DNA of 64,000 bases from Haliotis rubra (taxonomy: Eukaryota): positions 1,674,001-1,738,000 of the forward strand of contig NW_025766669.1 of the NCBI RefSeq assembly GCF_003918875.1, read 5' to 3'. Numbering within the stretch: position 1 is the stretch's first letter; the number at the start of each line of letters is the position of its first letter. The notes beneath the pieces were generated by a model that did not search any database, had not been told where the DNA came from, and saw nothing but the letters and a program-made list of their open reading frames with translations. Shown here in pieces: positions 13,481 through 27,451 of the stretch. A program made the position numbers and the translations under genes.

Positions 13481-14385
13481 GGGAGAGAGAGAGCGCGAGG
13501 GAGAGAGCTAGAGATAGAGGGAGCGAGAGAGAGGCAGAGTGGAAAAGAGGAGAGAGGGAAAGAGAGAGTGANNNNNNNNNNNNNNNNNNNNNNNNNNNNN
13601 NNNNNNNNNNNNNNNNNNNNNNNNNNNNNNNNNNNNNNNNNNNNNNNNNNNNNNNNNNNNNNNNNNNNNNNNNNNNNNNNNNNNNNNNNNNNNNNNNNNN
13701 NNNNNNNNNNNNNNNNNNNNNNNNNNNNNNNNNNNNNNNNNNNNNNNNNNNNNNNNNNNNNNNNNNNNNNNNNNNNNNNNNNNNNNNNNNNNNNNNNNNN
13801 NNNNNNNNNNNNNNNNNNNNNNNNNGAGACAGAGAGAGGGAAAGAGGAGAGAGCTGAGGGAGAGAGAAAGAGGGGAGAGAGAGAGAGAGACAGAGAGAGG
13901 AGAGAGGGAAAGAGGAGAGANNNNNNNNNNNNNNNNNNNNNNNNNNNNNNNNNNNNNNNNNNNNNNNNNNNNNNNNNNNNNNNNNNNNNNNNNNNNNNNN
14001 NNNNNNNNNNNNNNNNNNNNNNNNNNNNNNNNNNNNNNNNNNNNNNNNNNNNNNNNNNNNNNNNNNNNNNNNNNNNNNNNNNNNNNNNNNNNNNNNNNNN
14101 NNNNNNNNNNNNNNNNNNNNNNNNNNNNNNNNNNNNNNNNNNNNNNNNNNNNNNNNNNNNNNNNNNNNNNNNNNNNNNNNNNNNNNNNNNNNNNNNNNNN
14201 NNNNNNNNNNNNNNNNNNNNNNNNNNNNNNNNNNNNNNNNNNNNNNNNNNNNNNGGAGAGAGCGAGAGAGAGGGAAAGAGGAGAGAGACAGACAGGGAAA
14301 GAGCAGACAGCGAGAGAGAGGGAGAGAGAGACAGAGAGGGAAAGGGGAGAGACAGAGATGGAAAAGGGGGGAGGGAGGAGAAAAG
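13481..14385. repeat. GA-rich microsatellite tract spanning two assembly gaps
   Basis: (GA)n-like purine tract flanking the N runs at 13572-13824 and 13921-14254. Confidence 0.95.
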
Positions 14386-16612
14386 AACGTTTTGCATCTA
14401 AATGTCACTGTTAAATTTGCCAGAATGTTGTAAATTATGGCTTATTGTGCCTTATCTCTATTTCATTGTGGGCAGACTGCGGCAGTCGGCATATCTAACG
14501 AATCATACTATAATACTCCTTCTAAATTAGCAATCTTGTATTGCTTTAGGCCCATGATTTGCATGCATTATTTCGGTAATAAAATGTGAAAATATGCGTA
14601 GTTTATAACTTGTGGTTACATATTTCCATGAATCCTCTGCACATTATACACATTATTTGCAAACCTGAATATTGTTTTCTTAACATTTGATAAAAATGGA
14701 TTGATGTCTAATAATATAAAGGACTAAACAACGCTAATAGCAGAGGCTTATAACGGAAAACATGTCACTCATTTACCAACATTAATTTAATTTGTGGAAT
14801 TGAATTGAAATCAAACCAAACTACCCACCTCTCTCTCTCCCACATGGTTTTTTAATAAACTCTCAGGACAAAGGGTCTCTCTCTCTCTCTCTCTCTTTCT
14901 CCTGATGACATGCCTTTGTTCGCCAAACCATTACAAATATTTCCTTTCCTCTCGGGTCCGGCTCACTTCAGGTATAGTCTACACCACCATATAGGACAGG
15001 TGACATGCGCATAATATGTCGGATAACGTGGGAGAAGATATTTCTTTCTTAGGTTTCTTTATAAATTTTCATAAATCCCTGGGTAGGGCAAGCAATAACG
15101 CACGTCTCTCCGTAAAAGAATGCGGGTCATTATAGATGACTGTCTCAATGCCGTGTGACTTGTGCTAACATAAGTGATCTAGAATCTATATGTCTTGACC
15201 AGTGTCAATCATGCAGAACCAAGGGAATTACTCTATATAAAAAGCATAAAATGCAACCTTTGACAGATGAAGGACGCCTGAACTATAATGAAATTCGCCT
15301 AACCACTAAATATGCATCAAGTTCAAGACAGAACCTGGAACGATTGGAATAAAATAGCAGACACTAAATAATACATAATTGTACGCAGGTTACATCCGTC
15401 AACAATTAGGAATGCGTGTTTCAACATCTTTTTATTGCTTGACAACGCTGCCACCATGCCCATTCTAATAATATCTGCAAAACGAAACGAAAGAAAGCTC
15501 AAAACGAAACGAAAGAAAGCTAAAAAACAAAATCATAATTTCACTTTTGATTCTCATGATTATATAACATTTCCTTGACACCGATGACATACACACTGAC
15601 TATACCTTGTTAATTATCTTCATTAATATACTTTATTCGTGATTAAAAGAAAATATGACGACTTTCGTAACTAGATACCCTATCCTAGGTTTTCGGTAGG
15701 TATATGCAGAAAGGTTCAGCTGAAATATGACATAATCGGTTAACATGAGTTAACAGTGGTCAACCAAGGATAATTTGGTTCTTTCTTTGGTCAACAGCGC
15801 GTCCGCCCGGAGAGCGGAAGGTCGCGGGTTCGATCCCCGACCGCGTCAAACCAAAAGACGTTAAAATATGGTACTTGTTGGTCCCTGCCTGGCGCTCGGC
15901 ATTAATGGGTACAACAAGGACTGGTCGGCTCGGAGTCAGTATAATGTGTCTGAGTGGGGTATTCATGCTTCACTGCGGCATGGTATCTCAGTGGGCTAGC
16001 ACTATTAAACCAGCTTCAGTCTGGGCTAGTACAGGCAGCCGCACATACACATACACACGCATGCACGTCGTCATATGAGTGAAATATTCTCGGGCACGAC
16101 GTAAAACCCAATTTCACCTCACCTTTGGTCAACAGGCCTTCGTCTTTCAAATCTAACGCCAAACGCCAGCAAAGTGATTTCATGCAATGTCACTAATCCA
16201 TAGTCCTTTTAATGGGTTTGACTGACTGACTGACTGAGTTTGGTTTTACGCCTCTTTTAGCAATATTCCAGCAATATCACGGCGGGGGACACCAGAAATG
16301 GGCTTCACACATTGTACCCATGTGGTTCCATAGTTTTGAGCAGACAACGGTGTAGGTCGAGTTGACTGACCCGAATGCTCTTTCTCGAAAGAGGAGCGGT
16401 GGGTAGCCTAGTGGTTAAAGCGTTTGCTCGTCAGATCGGCGTAAAAATAAACTCACTCACTCGTCAAGCCGAAGGCCCGGGTTCAATTACCCATGTGGGT
16501 ACAATGTGTGAAGCCCATTTCTGGTGTCTTCCACCCCTCGGGATATTGCTGGAATATCACCAACTAACTCACTCGGGAGGTGTAGTTTGTGGTTCCGTGT
16601 CTGGGGCATATA

Positions 16613-18042
16613 TACTGAGTCAAAAAAGAAACTTCACATTCTTTCTTCAGGGCACTATAAAAAAACAAGAGATGGTAAGATGGTTAAATTGTTATTATTT
16701 CATTGCTGAGATCTGTGTGATGTACTCGATACACTGACAGTGCCATAATCAGTTCCATTAGGCTACACCGCCGTTCCAAAACATGGGTATACAGAATGTC
16801 AAGTCACAAGAATACAAATGCGAAATTTCTCAGTTCAGTATCGTGTATGGCCGCCCCGCGCATTCACCACTGCCAAACACCGTCTCCTCATCGACTGCCT
16901 GATGCTTGTGAACACGTGGTTGGGGATTCTGCGCCATTGCTCTTGCAAGGCAGCGCCAAGTTCCTGCAAATTCTGAGGTTGGTTCAAGACCACGAAGTCT
17001 TCTCCCAAGAATGCATCCCAAACGCTCTATTGGATTAAGGCCAGCCCTCGATGAAACGGAACGAGTTCAACATCGGGTGAGCATTATCTGGTCGCCGCCA
17101 TGAAAGGAAGCAGCAGCTGTGAGGTTTCCACGGATGACCAGAAGTCGGGAACGGTTGTTCCCACAGAAAGCACCCCACACCATGCAACTTCCGCCCCCGA
17201 ATCTGTCGACTTCCTGTACACAACATTGGGCATACCGTTCACGACGTCGTCTCCAGACTCTATGCCTGCCGTCCGCGAATCTGAGGGTAAACCTGGATTC
17301 ATCGCTAAAGACGACTCGATTCCAGTCTCTCTGGGTCCATCGGAGGTGACGTTGGGCCCACAGCAGACGTTGACGTTGATGAAACGGCGTTAATATTGGC
17401 CCACGATATGGACGTCGAGAATGGAGATTGGCAGCCCGCAACCGATTTCGAATGGTCTGTGAGGACAGTCGACCTCTAAACATCTCAGCCCTGGTTCGTG
17501 TAGCCGGCAGAAATCTGTCACGTAGGTGACGTAGGACGATTTGACGGTCTTCTGCTCGTGACGTCACACGTGGACGACCCGACCTTGGGCGATCAGAAGT
17601 GGTGCCAGTTTGTTGTAGACGACCTCGCAAGTCATACACAGTACGACGGCTGCATCCCATTGCTCTTGCGACGTCAAAAACTGATCTTCCCGCTTGCAAC
17701 ATGCCAACGGCACGTTCACGTTGCACATTTGACAATCGTGGCATTTCAAGTACCGTTAGAACTGTGGTTTCAAGTGTTTTTTCAATTCTTGAGGCCAATG
17801 CAAACACGTGCATATGAAGAAAACTTCGATGCGAAGATCACGTGATCGACTGCACGTGCAAAACCTGATTTGGCACTAACGTCATTTGCACGACGAATGG
17901 ATGGGTTTGAGTGGGTTTTGCTAACGTTTTTCTAGAGTCGAAAGATAGGGATCCCATTTCGGGTACATAGATGTATCATCAGAGAAAAATTATTCATTAT
18001 TTTTCAAATTACATTTTGTGAAGTTTCTTTTTTGACTCAGTA
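16613..18042 (-). mobile_element. Tc1/mariner DNA transposon, degenerate
   Basis: 26-bp TIR TACTGAGTCAAAAAAGAAACTTCACA at both ends with TA termini. Encodes a transposase with HTH, GRPR, VVFSDESRF, MVWGAF and an out-of-frame LNPIERVW. Confidence 0.95.
16836..17744 (-). pseudogene. Tc1-family transposase, internally deleted and frameshifted
   Basis: MPRLSNVQ..VVFSDESRF..NLTAA is intact. The second Asp region is deleted, and the C-terminal ..MRRRCLAVVNARGGHTRY lies in other frames. Confidence 0.9.
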
Positions 18043-21000
18043 GTGTAGTGTAGATTGTAGCATTCATGGAAATTCTGTGATTCATGGAAGCATTGTGATT
18101 CCCCAGGAATATGTGTTACAACTAGACAGGCTTAGTTATACCGGGACGTTGTCAAAATGGGAAGACACCGCCTTACTGTAGGGATGATGTGTATTCAGAT
18201 GACCAGATATAGGCATGAGAATGCAGACGCAGAAGTAGTCATAGAAGTTGTCATAAATAGCCCCTTTTGTGGAACTGAGCCAGAGTGACTACACCATATT
18301 GTGACTCAAAATGAGAAGACCCTGTGAGAGGGGGGGTCAGATTGGTGCATATGAACTGTGTTAGTTTGAAATAAGCCAGTTGGGAGCTACCAATTAGTGT
18401 CAGGTGATAAACAAGTTAATCCTAGATCCACAATGAGACAATACTCTTGTTCCAGTATTTTTCTTAATTATATCCATACTAAGAATGTTTCAGATGAATG
18501 AAATTCATTTGAAATCGTTGACAAATATAACCAAATGCCAATATGATTGACCAAATGCCAAATGCCAATATGATTGACCAAATGCCAGTATGATTGACAC
18601 ATGTTTAATACCACAAACATTAGAATACTGCCGCCAAACGTCAATAGTTATGAAATACATCTATACAAACAAACTGAAACGTCACTGACACATATGTGAT
18701 AGTTTGTCTCACAGTCCCCGAACCACATTATTTCCCAGCTGTTCAGCCCTCTCTGTAAGTCCTAAATGAAGCAAGTCTAGATTTCCTCAGGTTCTGAATC
18801 TCTGGTCTCCCTTTGGCTCCTTTTCAATTTAAATGGGTTTGTTTGTTACAATCAAAATTATATATACTGGACAGGCTAAGTTATGGATATTGGTATTTTT
18901 ATGATTGATATTTTATCAGTGTGCCAATGAATAAATAGATCATTGTTCATAATTTCAAAATTTACATATATCCCTAACTATTTTTGTACAGTATATATTC
19001 AGAGACTAAGCGTTAGTCTACATATGTGACCGCATCTTTCAGTGTGAGTCTGAGTCACTGAGCCAGGCACCCATACTTCTCTCACCTCACAAAATTCACG
19101 GGGGCTTAATTTTCATGTGAATCGCTCTCAAGTGCATTGTTTTGTCATGCCATGTGTCATCTTCACGTGGGTGGTTACCAAGGAGACGAAGACCGTAGAC
19201 ATTTATCACTAAGATGAATTTCAACTCAGAAAGGGAGAACGTTTTTCATCTACATGATGTATGTTTTAACTAAACTAAGAAGTCCGATTCCGTGCATGGC
19301 CATCACTGTCATATTGTGAGAGAAGGAGCAGTTAACACAGACCCTCGTGTTTTCGCGATGAATGAAGATTTAAAAAATAATTGAGATGACCCCCGGCTTG
19401 AATGCTTCACAGCACAATAAATCACGAGGGACCGTGGGAGGTAACTCCGACCTATAAGCTCTCAGCATCACCATTAGGCCACCCACATTTGTAAACAAGC
19501 TACAATAAAAAATTAAATAAATACTCCTTCTGTTTGTTTCAGGCATGAAGGGACACACCAATGTAACATAATGTACCTGTGTGTTTGTATTGAGTGAGTG
19601 AGTATGGTTTTACGCCGTTTTTAGCAATATTCCAGCAAATTCTCTGCGGGAACACCAGAAGTGGACTTCACACATTGTACCCATGTGGGGAATCGAACCC
19701 GGGTCTTCAGCGTGACGAGCGAACACTTTAACCAGTAGGCTAGCCTACCGCCCCGTTTTAGGCATGTGACACACCAGTGTAAAGTAACCTAGCGTATACC
19801 AGTGTTTCTGTAAATCGTTGGGGTTATTAAACATTACTTCAAAATTAAGTAAAATTGAATTAATAATCTATTTTTGTAAATCCGTGTTAACATTGACACT
19901 AAATCTTGCTTGAGTTCACTGACATATCAGTAAGCTAGATTTTGCAATCAGCTTGGGTAACCTAACTTAGAGGGTTGAGTGATAAGTTCTTAGCGTCACA
20001 TAGTGGGAACACCGTAACATTGAAATATATGTGTTGTCAAACTTCTAAGGTTAGCAACACCGGAACTGATCCAAAGAACCCACTATATGGTGAAGCGACC
20101 GTCGAAAGCGTCAAAGCGCTAGTTCTGTTTGTATCTCCTCTGTCAGAGCACATTTCATTTATGCAGATACTTTGGTAATGACGGAAATATCAGCTAGCTG
20201 GTTCCAAAGATTATCGTCTCTGACACAGAAAACACCAGGCACAACATGCCTTGTGATAAACTAGCGCTGTTTGAAACTGGTCAAGAAAGGTTCTTGCAAT
20301 GACTTGTGACTATGGTTGAAATCCGGATTCGACATTTCTAGTCTCGAGTCCAAACAACCATTAAGATAGAGGAAACGTTTGACATCCCCATGACCACATA
20401 TATCTGACACGTTAAAATATGGTACTTGTTGGTCCCTGCCTGGCGCTCGGCATTAATGGGTACAACAAGGACTGGTCGGCTCGGAGTCAGTATAATGTGT
20501 CTGAGTGGGGTATTCATGCTTCACTGCGGCATGGTATCTCAGTGGGCTAGCACTGTAACAGCTTAAGTCTGGGCTAGTACAAGCAGCCGCACATACACAT
20601 ACATACGCATGCACGTCGTCATATGAGCGAAATATTCTCAAGCACGACGTAAAACCCAATTTCACCTCACCTCCCCGTACGTTTCACTATCCGAACGTTT
20701 TTGATGAAAAACGGAAGTGTTCGGATTGACGAGGCCTGACTGTATATATAGTGGGTTGCACCTGATGTCAGACAATATAAGTAAGTACAATGTGCCTCTT
20801 GTTAGCGGATATTTCTTTCATAATATCAAAATCATGGGTCGTTAGTCTATTGGTGTTAGTCGATTGGGGCCCGTTAGAAACGTAAGGTAATTCAGATATA
20901 TGTGTTTGTTATGTATTATTGTATATGTAAATAATCTTTATCTTTTCTAGGCACATTCTATCAGGGTGCCGTACTCAGCAATAGTCAAACTATGGCGACG

Positions 21001-21354
21001 GTCTGTAAATAATCGAATCTGGACCTAATAATCCAGTGATCAACAGCATGCGCATCAATCTGCGCAATTGGGACACAATGGCATTTGGCAACCAAGTCAG
21101 CTAACCTGGCCAACCGATCACGTTAGTGGCTTCTCACAACAAACATGGGTTGCTGAGGACCAAATCTAACCCGGATCTTCACAGGTCAGGGTGCATGTTT
21201 ATAATTTATTGCCAGAGGACCGTTCATATTTAATGGCTTTGGTGGGTGGAGTGTTGATGATGATTCGTAGGGAGAAGCTTGTACAATGTGGATGACCCCC
21301 ACACCTTATATGTATGTACAGAGTAAAAGAACATATGTTAAATATTTTATGTAC

Positions 21355-21524
21355 ATAATTGCACACACACACGCACGCACGCACACACACAATAATGTGT
21401 ATGTGTACAAAACTGATGACTACTTCCCAATTGCGTTCTCTCAGTACATGCATCCGTCCGTCCGTCCGTGCGTACACACGCACATATACACTTGATACAT
21501 ACATGCATACATATATGCATGCAT

Positions 21525-21567
<43 letters not shown>

Positions 21568-21592
21568 TATACATACATACATACATACACTA
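21355..21592. repeat. Compound (CA)n/(GCAC)n/(CATA)n microsatellite
   Basis: Directly visible. Confidence 0.9.
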
Positions 21593-22207
21593 TATTTCTA
21601 CTATATCTAAAACTGGATTAAGTGACATTAATAAATACCTGTCAGATACTAACTAGTATCTAAACATTGAGTAAGTGAGGATTACAAATACTCCATCTTT
21701 TCTTATTAAAAACGATAAAAGATTATATTAGATCGAATTCATGATGTCAGTATTTTAATTTTCAGATTGGAGTAAATAGACAAAAAGCCCGGATTACATA
21801 AAAAAACCGATTAAATAGAAAAACGCTTTTCTGCCCGAGTGTAAAAAACGAAAAAGGTTGCAAGTAGTGCACGCAGCATCTATGGTGCACGGATGCAGCC
21901 TTAAGTAAATTAACAAACAAAACGTGAGCTCGATCAAGCCGTTACCTGTCAGCACGTGGAGTAGCCAAGCGTCCCGGATGTACCGACGACCTCGTCAACG
22001 CGTGACAGGGTTGTCTAACGTGAATTGTTCCATATCACGACATGCACGTCCCGCCCTGCAGCGCATAATGTGAGTGGAGGCGAGGTGAAGTGAGAGGGGG
22101 GATCAAATGGGTGAAACGTCGATTTGAAGCGTTTGCAGATATACAGTCACGGGCATGCACGTGTGAGGGTTGTCAGTGCAAGTCCGGATCAATGCTACCT
22201 GAGATGC

Positions 22208-22256
22208 CATTGGCGGATCCAGAGGGGGGTTCAGGGGGTTCGAAACACACACACAC

Positions 22257-22295
<39 letters not shown>

Positions 22296-22332
22296 CACAC
22301 ACACACTTTCACAATTCCTGGATCCGCCCATG
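22208..22332. mobile_element. Small MITE with GGCGGATCCAG TIRs enclosing a (CA)n(CAA)n microsatellite
   Basis: CATTGGCGGATCCAG ... CTGGATCCGCCCATG. Confidence 0.65.
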
Positions 22333-22378
22333 GATACCATAACCCTGCCTGACATGAATACCGTGTACACGGTGTACA

Positions 22379-22758
22379 CAGTGTGCGAAATAGCCACTAG
22401 CCCAAGGCTAGTAAAAATCCAGTCGGGCCAGTGGATCTCCACAGTCTCTGGCCCAGTTGGCTAGTGAGTGAATTTTCATGGGTTCATTTTGTAAATCTAT
22501 CACTCTCTCCGACTTGTTAAGTTAAAATAGACTTTTAAATCATGCAAGATTATGACCTGATAAAAATGTTCATCATATTAGCAGCTCAATGATAAAAGCT
22601 GTATCATGCCGACAATATCTTTTTCTCATCTATTTTTGTAATCTTTTGCTTAGTTTCTACATTCAAATTTCAGGCTAGTGATTTATTTCGTGGGCTAGGA
22701 ACTTTCAGGCATAGATAGCCCGACTGGCTAGCAAAATTTGAAACCATTTCGCACACTG
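22379..22758. mobile_element. hAT-type MITE
   Basis: TIR CAGTGTGCGAAAT...ATTTCGCACACTG flanked by a perfect 8-bp TSD GGTGTACA (22371-22378, 22759-22766). Confidence 0.9.
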
Positions 22759-24796
22759 GGTGTACAGTCTCTACGCTGATATGCCATGCTTGTATAGTGA
22801 GTGAGTTAAGTTTTACGCCGCACTCAGCAATATTCTGGTTTGGACAGGATGTTTTTATTACTTAAGATTATTTGAAGATAAAAGTGAAATAGTATTTATA
22901 AAATTCAGTATAAACAAAGTATGTAACTGGAGAACAGGATGTTTTATAACAGTTATTTTTTCATGACTTTTTTCCTGTGACCAAGATATATGCAGCTACC
23001 TGTATGCCAAGAACGAGGTGAAAGGAGAAAATGATGATGTTTAAGTGACTTTCTAATAAGTGTTATCTGTGCACTGACAAACGTGATGTAAAATAATATG
23101 GTGCTTGGTCTCATATGTTTGATAGGTACATGTATATAAATTATTGTTTTTGATAATATTCTCAAGTAAATGTGATCTGGCAAATATATGTTGATGTGCA
23201 TATATGTTGATGCAATATGTCTTAATTTGAAAATCATAATTCATTACATGAACTGATAAAACTATAGTTAATACCTAATGTTGTCTTTTTTATCTGGGCA
23301 CATACCATTATCATCAAGGGTACAGCTTAATGAAGCCTTATGCAACCAACCATAAAATGTGTTGTTTTAGGCGGTCTGTCTTTTGGGAGGTCTGTCTTAT
23401 GGAAAGATACCATCTACACAATTGGAATACGATGACACGTGTCAACCAGTGCCCCAATTACATCACGACATGACTGCTTAAAGGGGGAGGAAGTCCCGAA
23501 GCGATGTCAGTCATATATAGAAGTTTACCACTTAGTTGAAACCCACGAGCACGGGAATGGTACTGACAAACCAAGAAACATAGTCGGTACTACAGGGATT
23601 CGAACCCAGAATGAATCAGAGTGTTTTGCTTGTCCAGGGGACATAATTGTGGCGCCTTGGGCGAATGAGCAATACACGTACATTTCTATTTCAAGGCTGG
23701 ACAGTCCCTTTACAGGAGGCTGCGTCAGGGGAAGCCAAATGAACTTTGACCCCAAATCAAAATTAAGGATTGAACGTCGAAGATTGCCCTGAACAATAGG
23801 GCGGGTCTCTGTCACCACACTCAGCTGGCATGACTTGGTGTATATAAATGAATATCCAACTTACGTAATGAAGTAAGAGGCATTAAGTAAAAAAATTCAA
23901 AATTGTCCGTCAGTATCTCATGCGACCCAGATATGCCCGGGAACAGACCACCAGGCTGGAAATTTGTCTTGTTGATAAAACAGGCTTCAACTCACTTTGC
24001 AACTTAAATGCAATTATTTTTTTGTATCAAAATTATATATTCAGAGACTCAGGTTCACAGACTAGGTTGACACAATCATGTCATCGCATCCCAGATGCGT
24101 AGAGTAATGCTTATACTGTTGATCATCGGATTGTAAGGTCCAGACACGATTATTTACAGACCGCCGACATATAGCTGGAATATTGTTGAGTGCGGCGTTA
24201 AACAACAAACAATATATAATTTATATTCATAAAACGTGAACTCCATAAGAAAAGCAGTTTCAGTTATCGGCCCAAATAAATTCCATTGGACGTAATATGC
24301 CAAATAAAGGGGAAATTCATATGTATGGATCACTGAACATCAATGAAGGCACCATGGCCATAATCTTTAAATATCTTACTGCTGTCGTAATTAACTCTAT
24401 GGTATAGCATGGGGGGAGGGTTTTTAGTCTGTCTCACAGTCCCTGAACCACATTATTTTCCCTAATGCTTAGTCCTCCCTGCAGTGCTAAAGCCCTAAAT
24501 GAAGCAAGTCTAGATTTCCTCAGGTTCAGAATCTCCTAACTCACTTGGGCTCCTCTTCAGTTTAAATAGGTTTATTTGTTACTATCAAAATTATATATAT
24601 TCAGGGACTAAGCGTTAGTCTAGGGAGGTGTGTGTGTGCTGAAACGGGGCCATGTGTTCACAGAGAGGAAATGTTTCGTCTCTCTGCGATTTACACAACT
24701 GTTTTAGTAATCCTGCTTAAATTCATAGAATAATATGCAAGACAACACTGAGACCTGGCGAGGGGAAATAAGCTTAATTGCACTTCTTATAAATTA

Positions 24797-25917
24797 TAGT
24801 CCGTCAGCTGAACTTTTGGCACCCTGTTCATCACAATTTACCTTTTCACCAAAAATGCCTTCAAAATGTTTTTAGGCATACGCTCTTTATATCTTATGAC
24901 CTATCTAAGGTTTAAATTTCATAATTTTATGTTAATTATTAAAGTTTCTTCTTAAGAAGCTATCTTATAAAAATATGAAAAATAGAAGTAGTTATACAAG
25001 GGAGTAAAATGATACGATGGAACAGCAAACAACATGGTGTGACACACGTGCATCTTCTTTGCATTGTTATGCCTGCAAGCAAATCTAAAGGGACTGTATA
25101 ATCATCACAAATCCATTTTAAACAAGTAGATTTATTGAAGTCTTTAAATACTGGTTGCTCAATCTCTTGTATCAAGATCCAAATTTGAGCAACAGCTTGC
25201 ATATAGTATGCTTTGATACATTGATGTCATGATCTTCTTTTGAACAATATTTTCTTCAGTTTGCTTGACGATATGGACTCACTGGATCGATTTAACCGAC
25301 GTATGACGTCCCTAACAACCCTTCTATCGAATTCATCAAGCTATCGTTCGTTGCATGTTTTGAGACGGTCCCCGATTTAACTGCCATGTCATCGTCAGTC
25401 TCTGAAATAGTGTCATGGGAGATAACTCTTTGCTATGTTCTTTTACAGATCTTGGTGGCATTAAGTGTCTTTTGGAGAAACACTCAATTGAAAAAAGAGG
25501 GGTTTTTTTCGCTTTGCCTTGCGCTTGAAAAAGTTGTAAACTCTTTTGATGATTTACCGGTCATCTTTGTACAGCATCGTTTTTACCACAACCTGTGTGT
25601 TGACGATCTTTGACATCATTTGAGCGTGCTAATGTAAATACCCGTGCATGTATATATTACGCTGACGCACATTTTACAATGTTGTTGTCTTTTCCATCAC
25701 GTGCGTTAACCCCTCGTAAAACTCTCCACAGTTTTACAATTATTATATGACAGGTTTAAAGGCAAAATGTTTAATAATTGTTTTAGAATTACTAAAATCG
25801 ATATCTTGTTAGGTCACAGTATACAATTATCATATGAACAGAGTAGCGTTTTATAATATTCAGGAGTTTAATGTAATTTGTGAAAAACAGGGTGCCAAAA
25901 GTTAAGTTGACGGACTA
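24797..25917. mobile_element. Non-autonomous TIR DNA transposon, TA-flanked (~1.1 kb)
   Basis: ~45-bp imperfect TIR TAGTCCGTCA.CT.AACTTTTGGCACCCTGTT..TCACAA.TTAC at both ends, with TA on each side and no intact ORF. Confidence 0.85.
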
Positions 25918-26751
25918 TAGCTTTATCCGTACTCCCGAATCACCTCGCACCTTCAGCATGTGCTTGAGTCATGAATTTGAATAACATCCGATCAGTTTCC
26001 TTGCTATAATATAGAATGTCGTATTCTTCAAAGTCGGTCAGAGTGCGTAAGACTTACAGTAGTATCACGGCGTGGGGACACCAGAAATGGGCTTGACTTG
26101 TCGTATTTTCTGTCCAACAGACGGACATAACCTACGTCGTCGTCATCATCATCATTCTCGACATCATCATTACCCACTGTATATGGCAATTCATCGGTCT
26201 ATACATCTACTTTATACATCTGGTGCTCGCGGTCAAAATCTACCGGCAATAAGAGTACACCCATTTCTATAATTTAATAGAGTTGTTTATAAATACGTTA
26301 CACGTTTTATGGATAACAGATTCTTTTTTATTCTTTACATGACGTTTCTTTCACCTGACCATGTATTTATGTCCAACTTCTAAATATCTTTCAAGTACTT
26401 CAGTTGTCTATAACATGTAATATGGAACGATATCTTTGCTGCCGTGGTGATGTCGCGTCCACGTTGTCCTGCATCCTGCTACGACAATATAACACGTGGT
26501 GAGTTTGGTCAGTGAGTCACTGACAGACTCTGCCATACGAGGTATCGCACTGAGTTGCGAAATGAGGGCCAGATATTTCACGAAATTGCTGACGTGAACC
26601 GTAACATTCTAATCCGGGATATGAAGGGACACCCCGACCCCTGATACAAGACAAAAAGAGCAGTCTATCTTTGCAAATGTAACTGCAGGTAGGGGTCTCC
26701 GAAATACGGCATCCAGATGATTGAAAGTGACATCGATACAACCAAGCGTGC

Positions 26752-27451
26752 AGCATCCCCAGGGTCCAGAGAACGCAATCTCTACCTAAATCAGAGCTTA
26801 CTCAACGCCGGGTGGAACTGGCCCCCTGTCTCTCATGCACGCACGCACACACGCACGCACACACGCACGCACGCACAGCGGCATTATACCCCGTAACCGC
26901 CACTCTGGTTTGTCTGGTCCAGACTCGATTACCTGCCAGGCGCCCTTATCGCTTCGTGCGGCGTGTTATTAAACAATATACAACCTCATATAACGAAACG
27001 ATCGTTCCTCATGTTTTCAATCACCAGCTAACCTAAAGAATCGAGTTTTACAGGCCGCTTTCATTTGGCGACATTGAGCAACATTTACTCTTTGTTTGAA
27101 TGAAAGCATCCCCAGGGTCCAGAGAACGCAATCTCTACCTAAATCAGAGCTTACTCAACGCCGGGTGGAACTGGCCCCCTGTCTCTCATGCACGCACGCA
27201 CGCACACACGCACGCACGCACAGCGGCATTATACCCCGTAACCGCCACTCTGGTTTGTCTGGTCCAGACTCGATTACCTGCCAGGCGCCCTTATCGCTTC
27301 GTGCGGCGTGTTATTAAACAATATACAACCTCATGTAACGAAACGATCGTTCCTCATGTTTTCGATCACCAGCTAACCTAAAGAATCGAGTTTTACAGGC
27401 CGCTTTCATTTGGCGACATTGAGCAACATTTACTCTATGTTTGAATGAAAG
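26752..27451. repeat. Near-identical ~350-bp tandem duplication
   Basis: agcatccccagggtccagag.. starts at 26752 and 27105. The copies differ in (GCAC)n length and a few substitutions. Confidence 0.95.

Noticed and set aside
13344-14408. ORFs spanning N runs (also 777-1116 and 31385-32016)
   Set aside because: Artefacts of gaps and GA repeats. Only 31867-31989 is supported, as a gene B exon.
21199-22464. ORFs with poly-Q/N/V/C and HART repeats
   Set aside because: Microsatellite translations.
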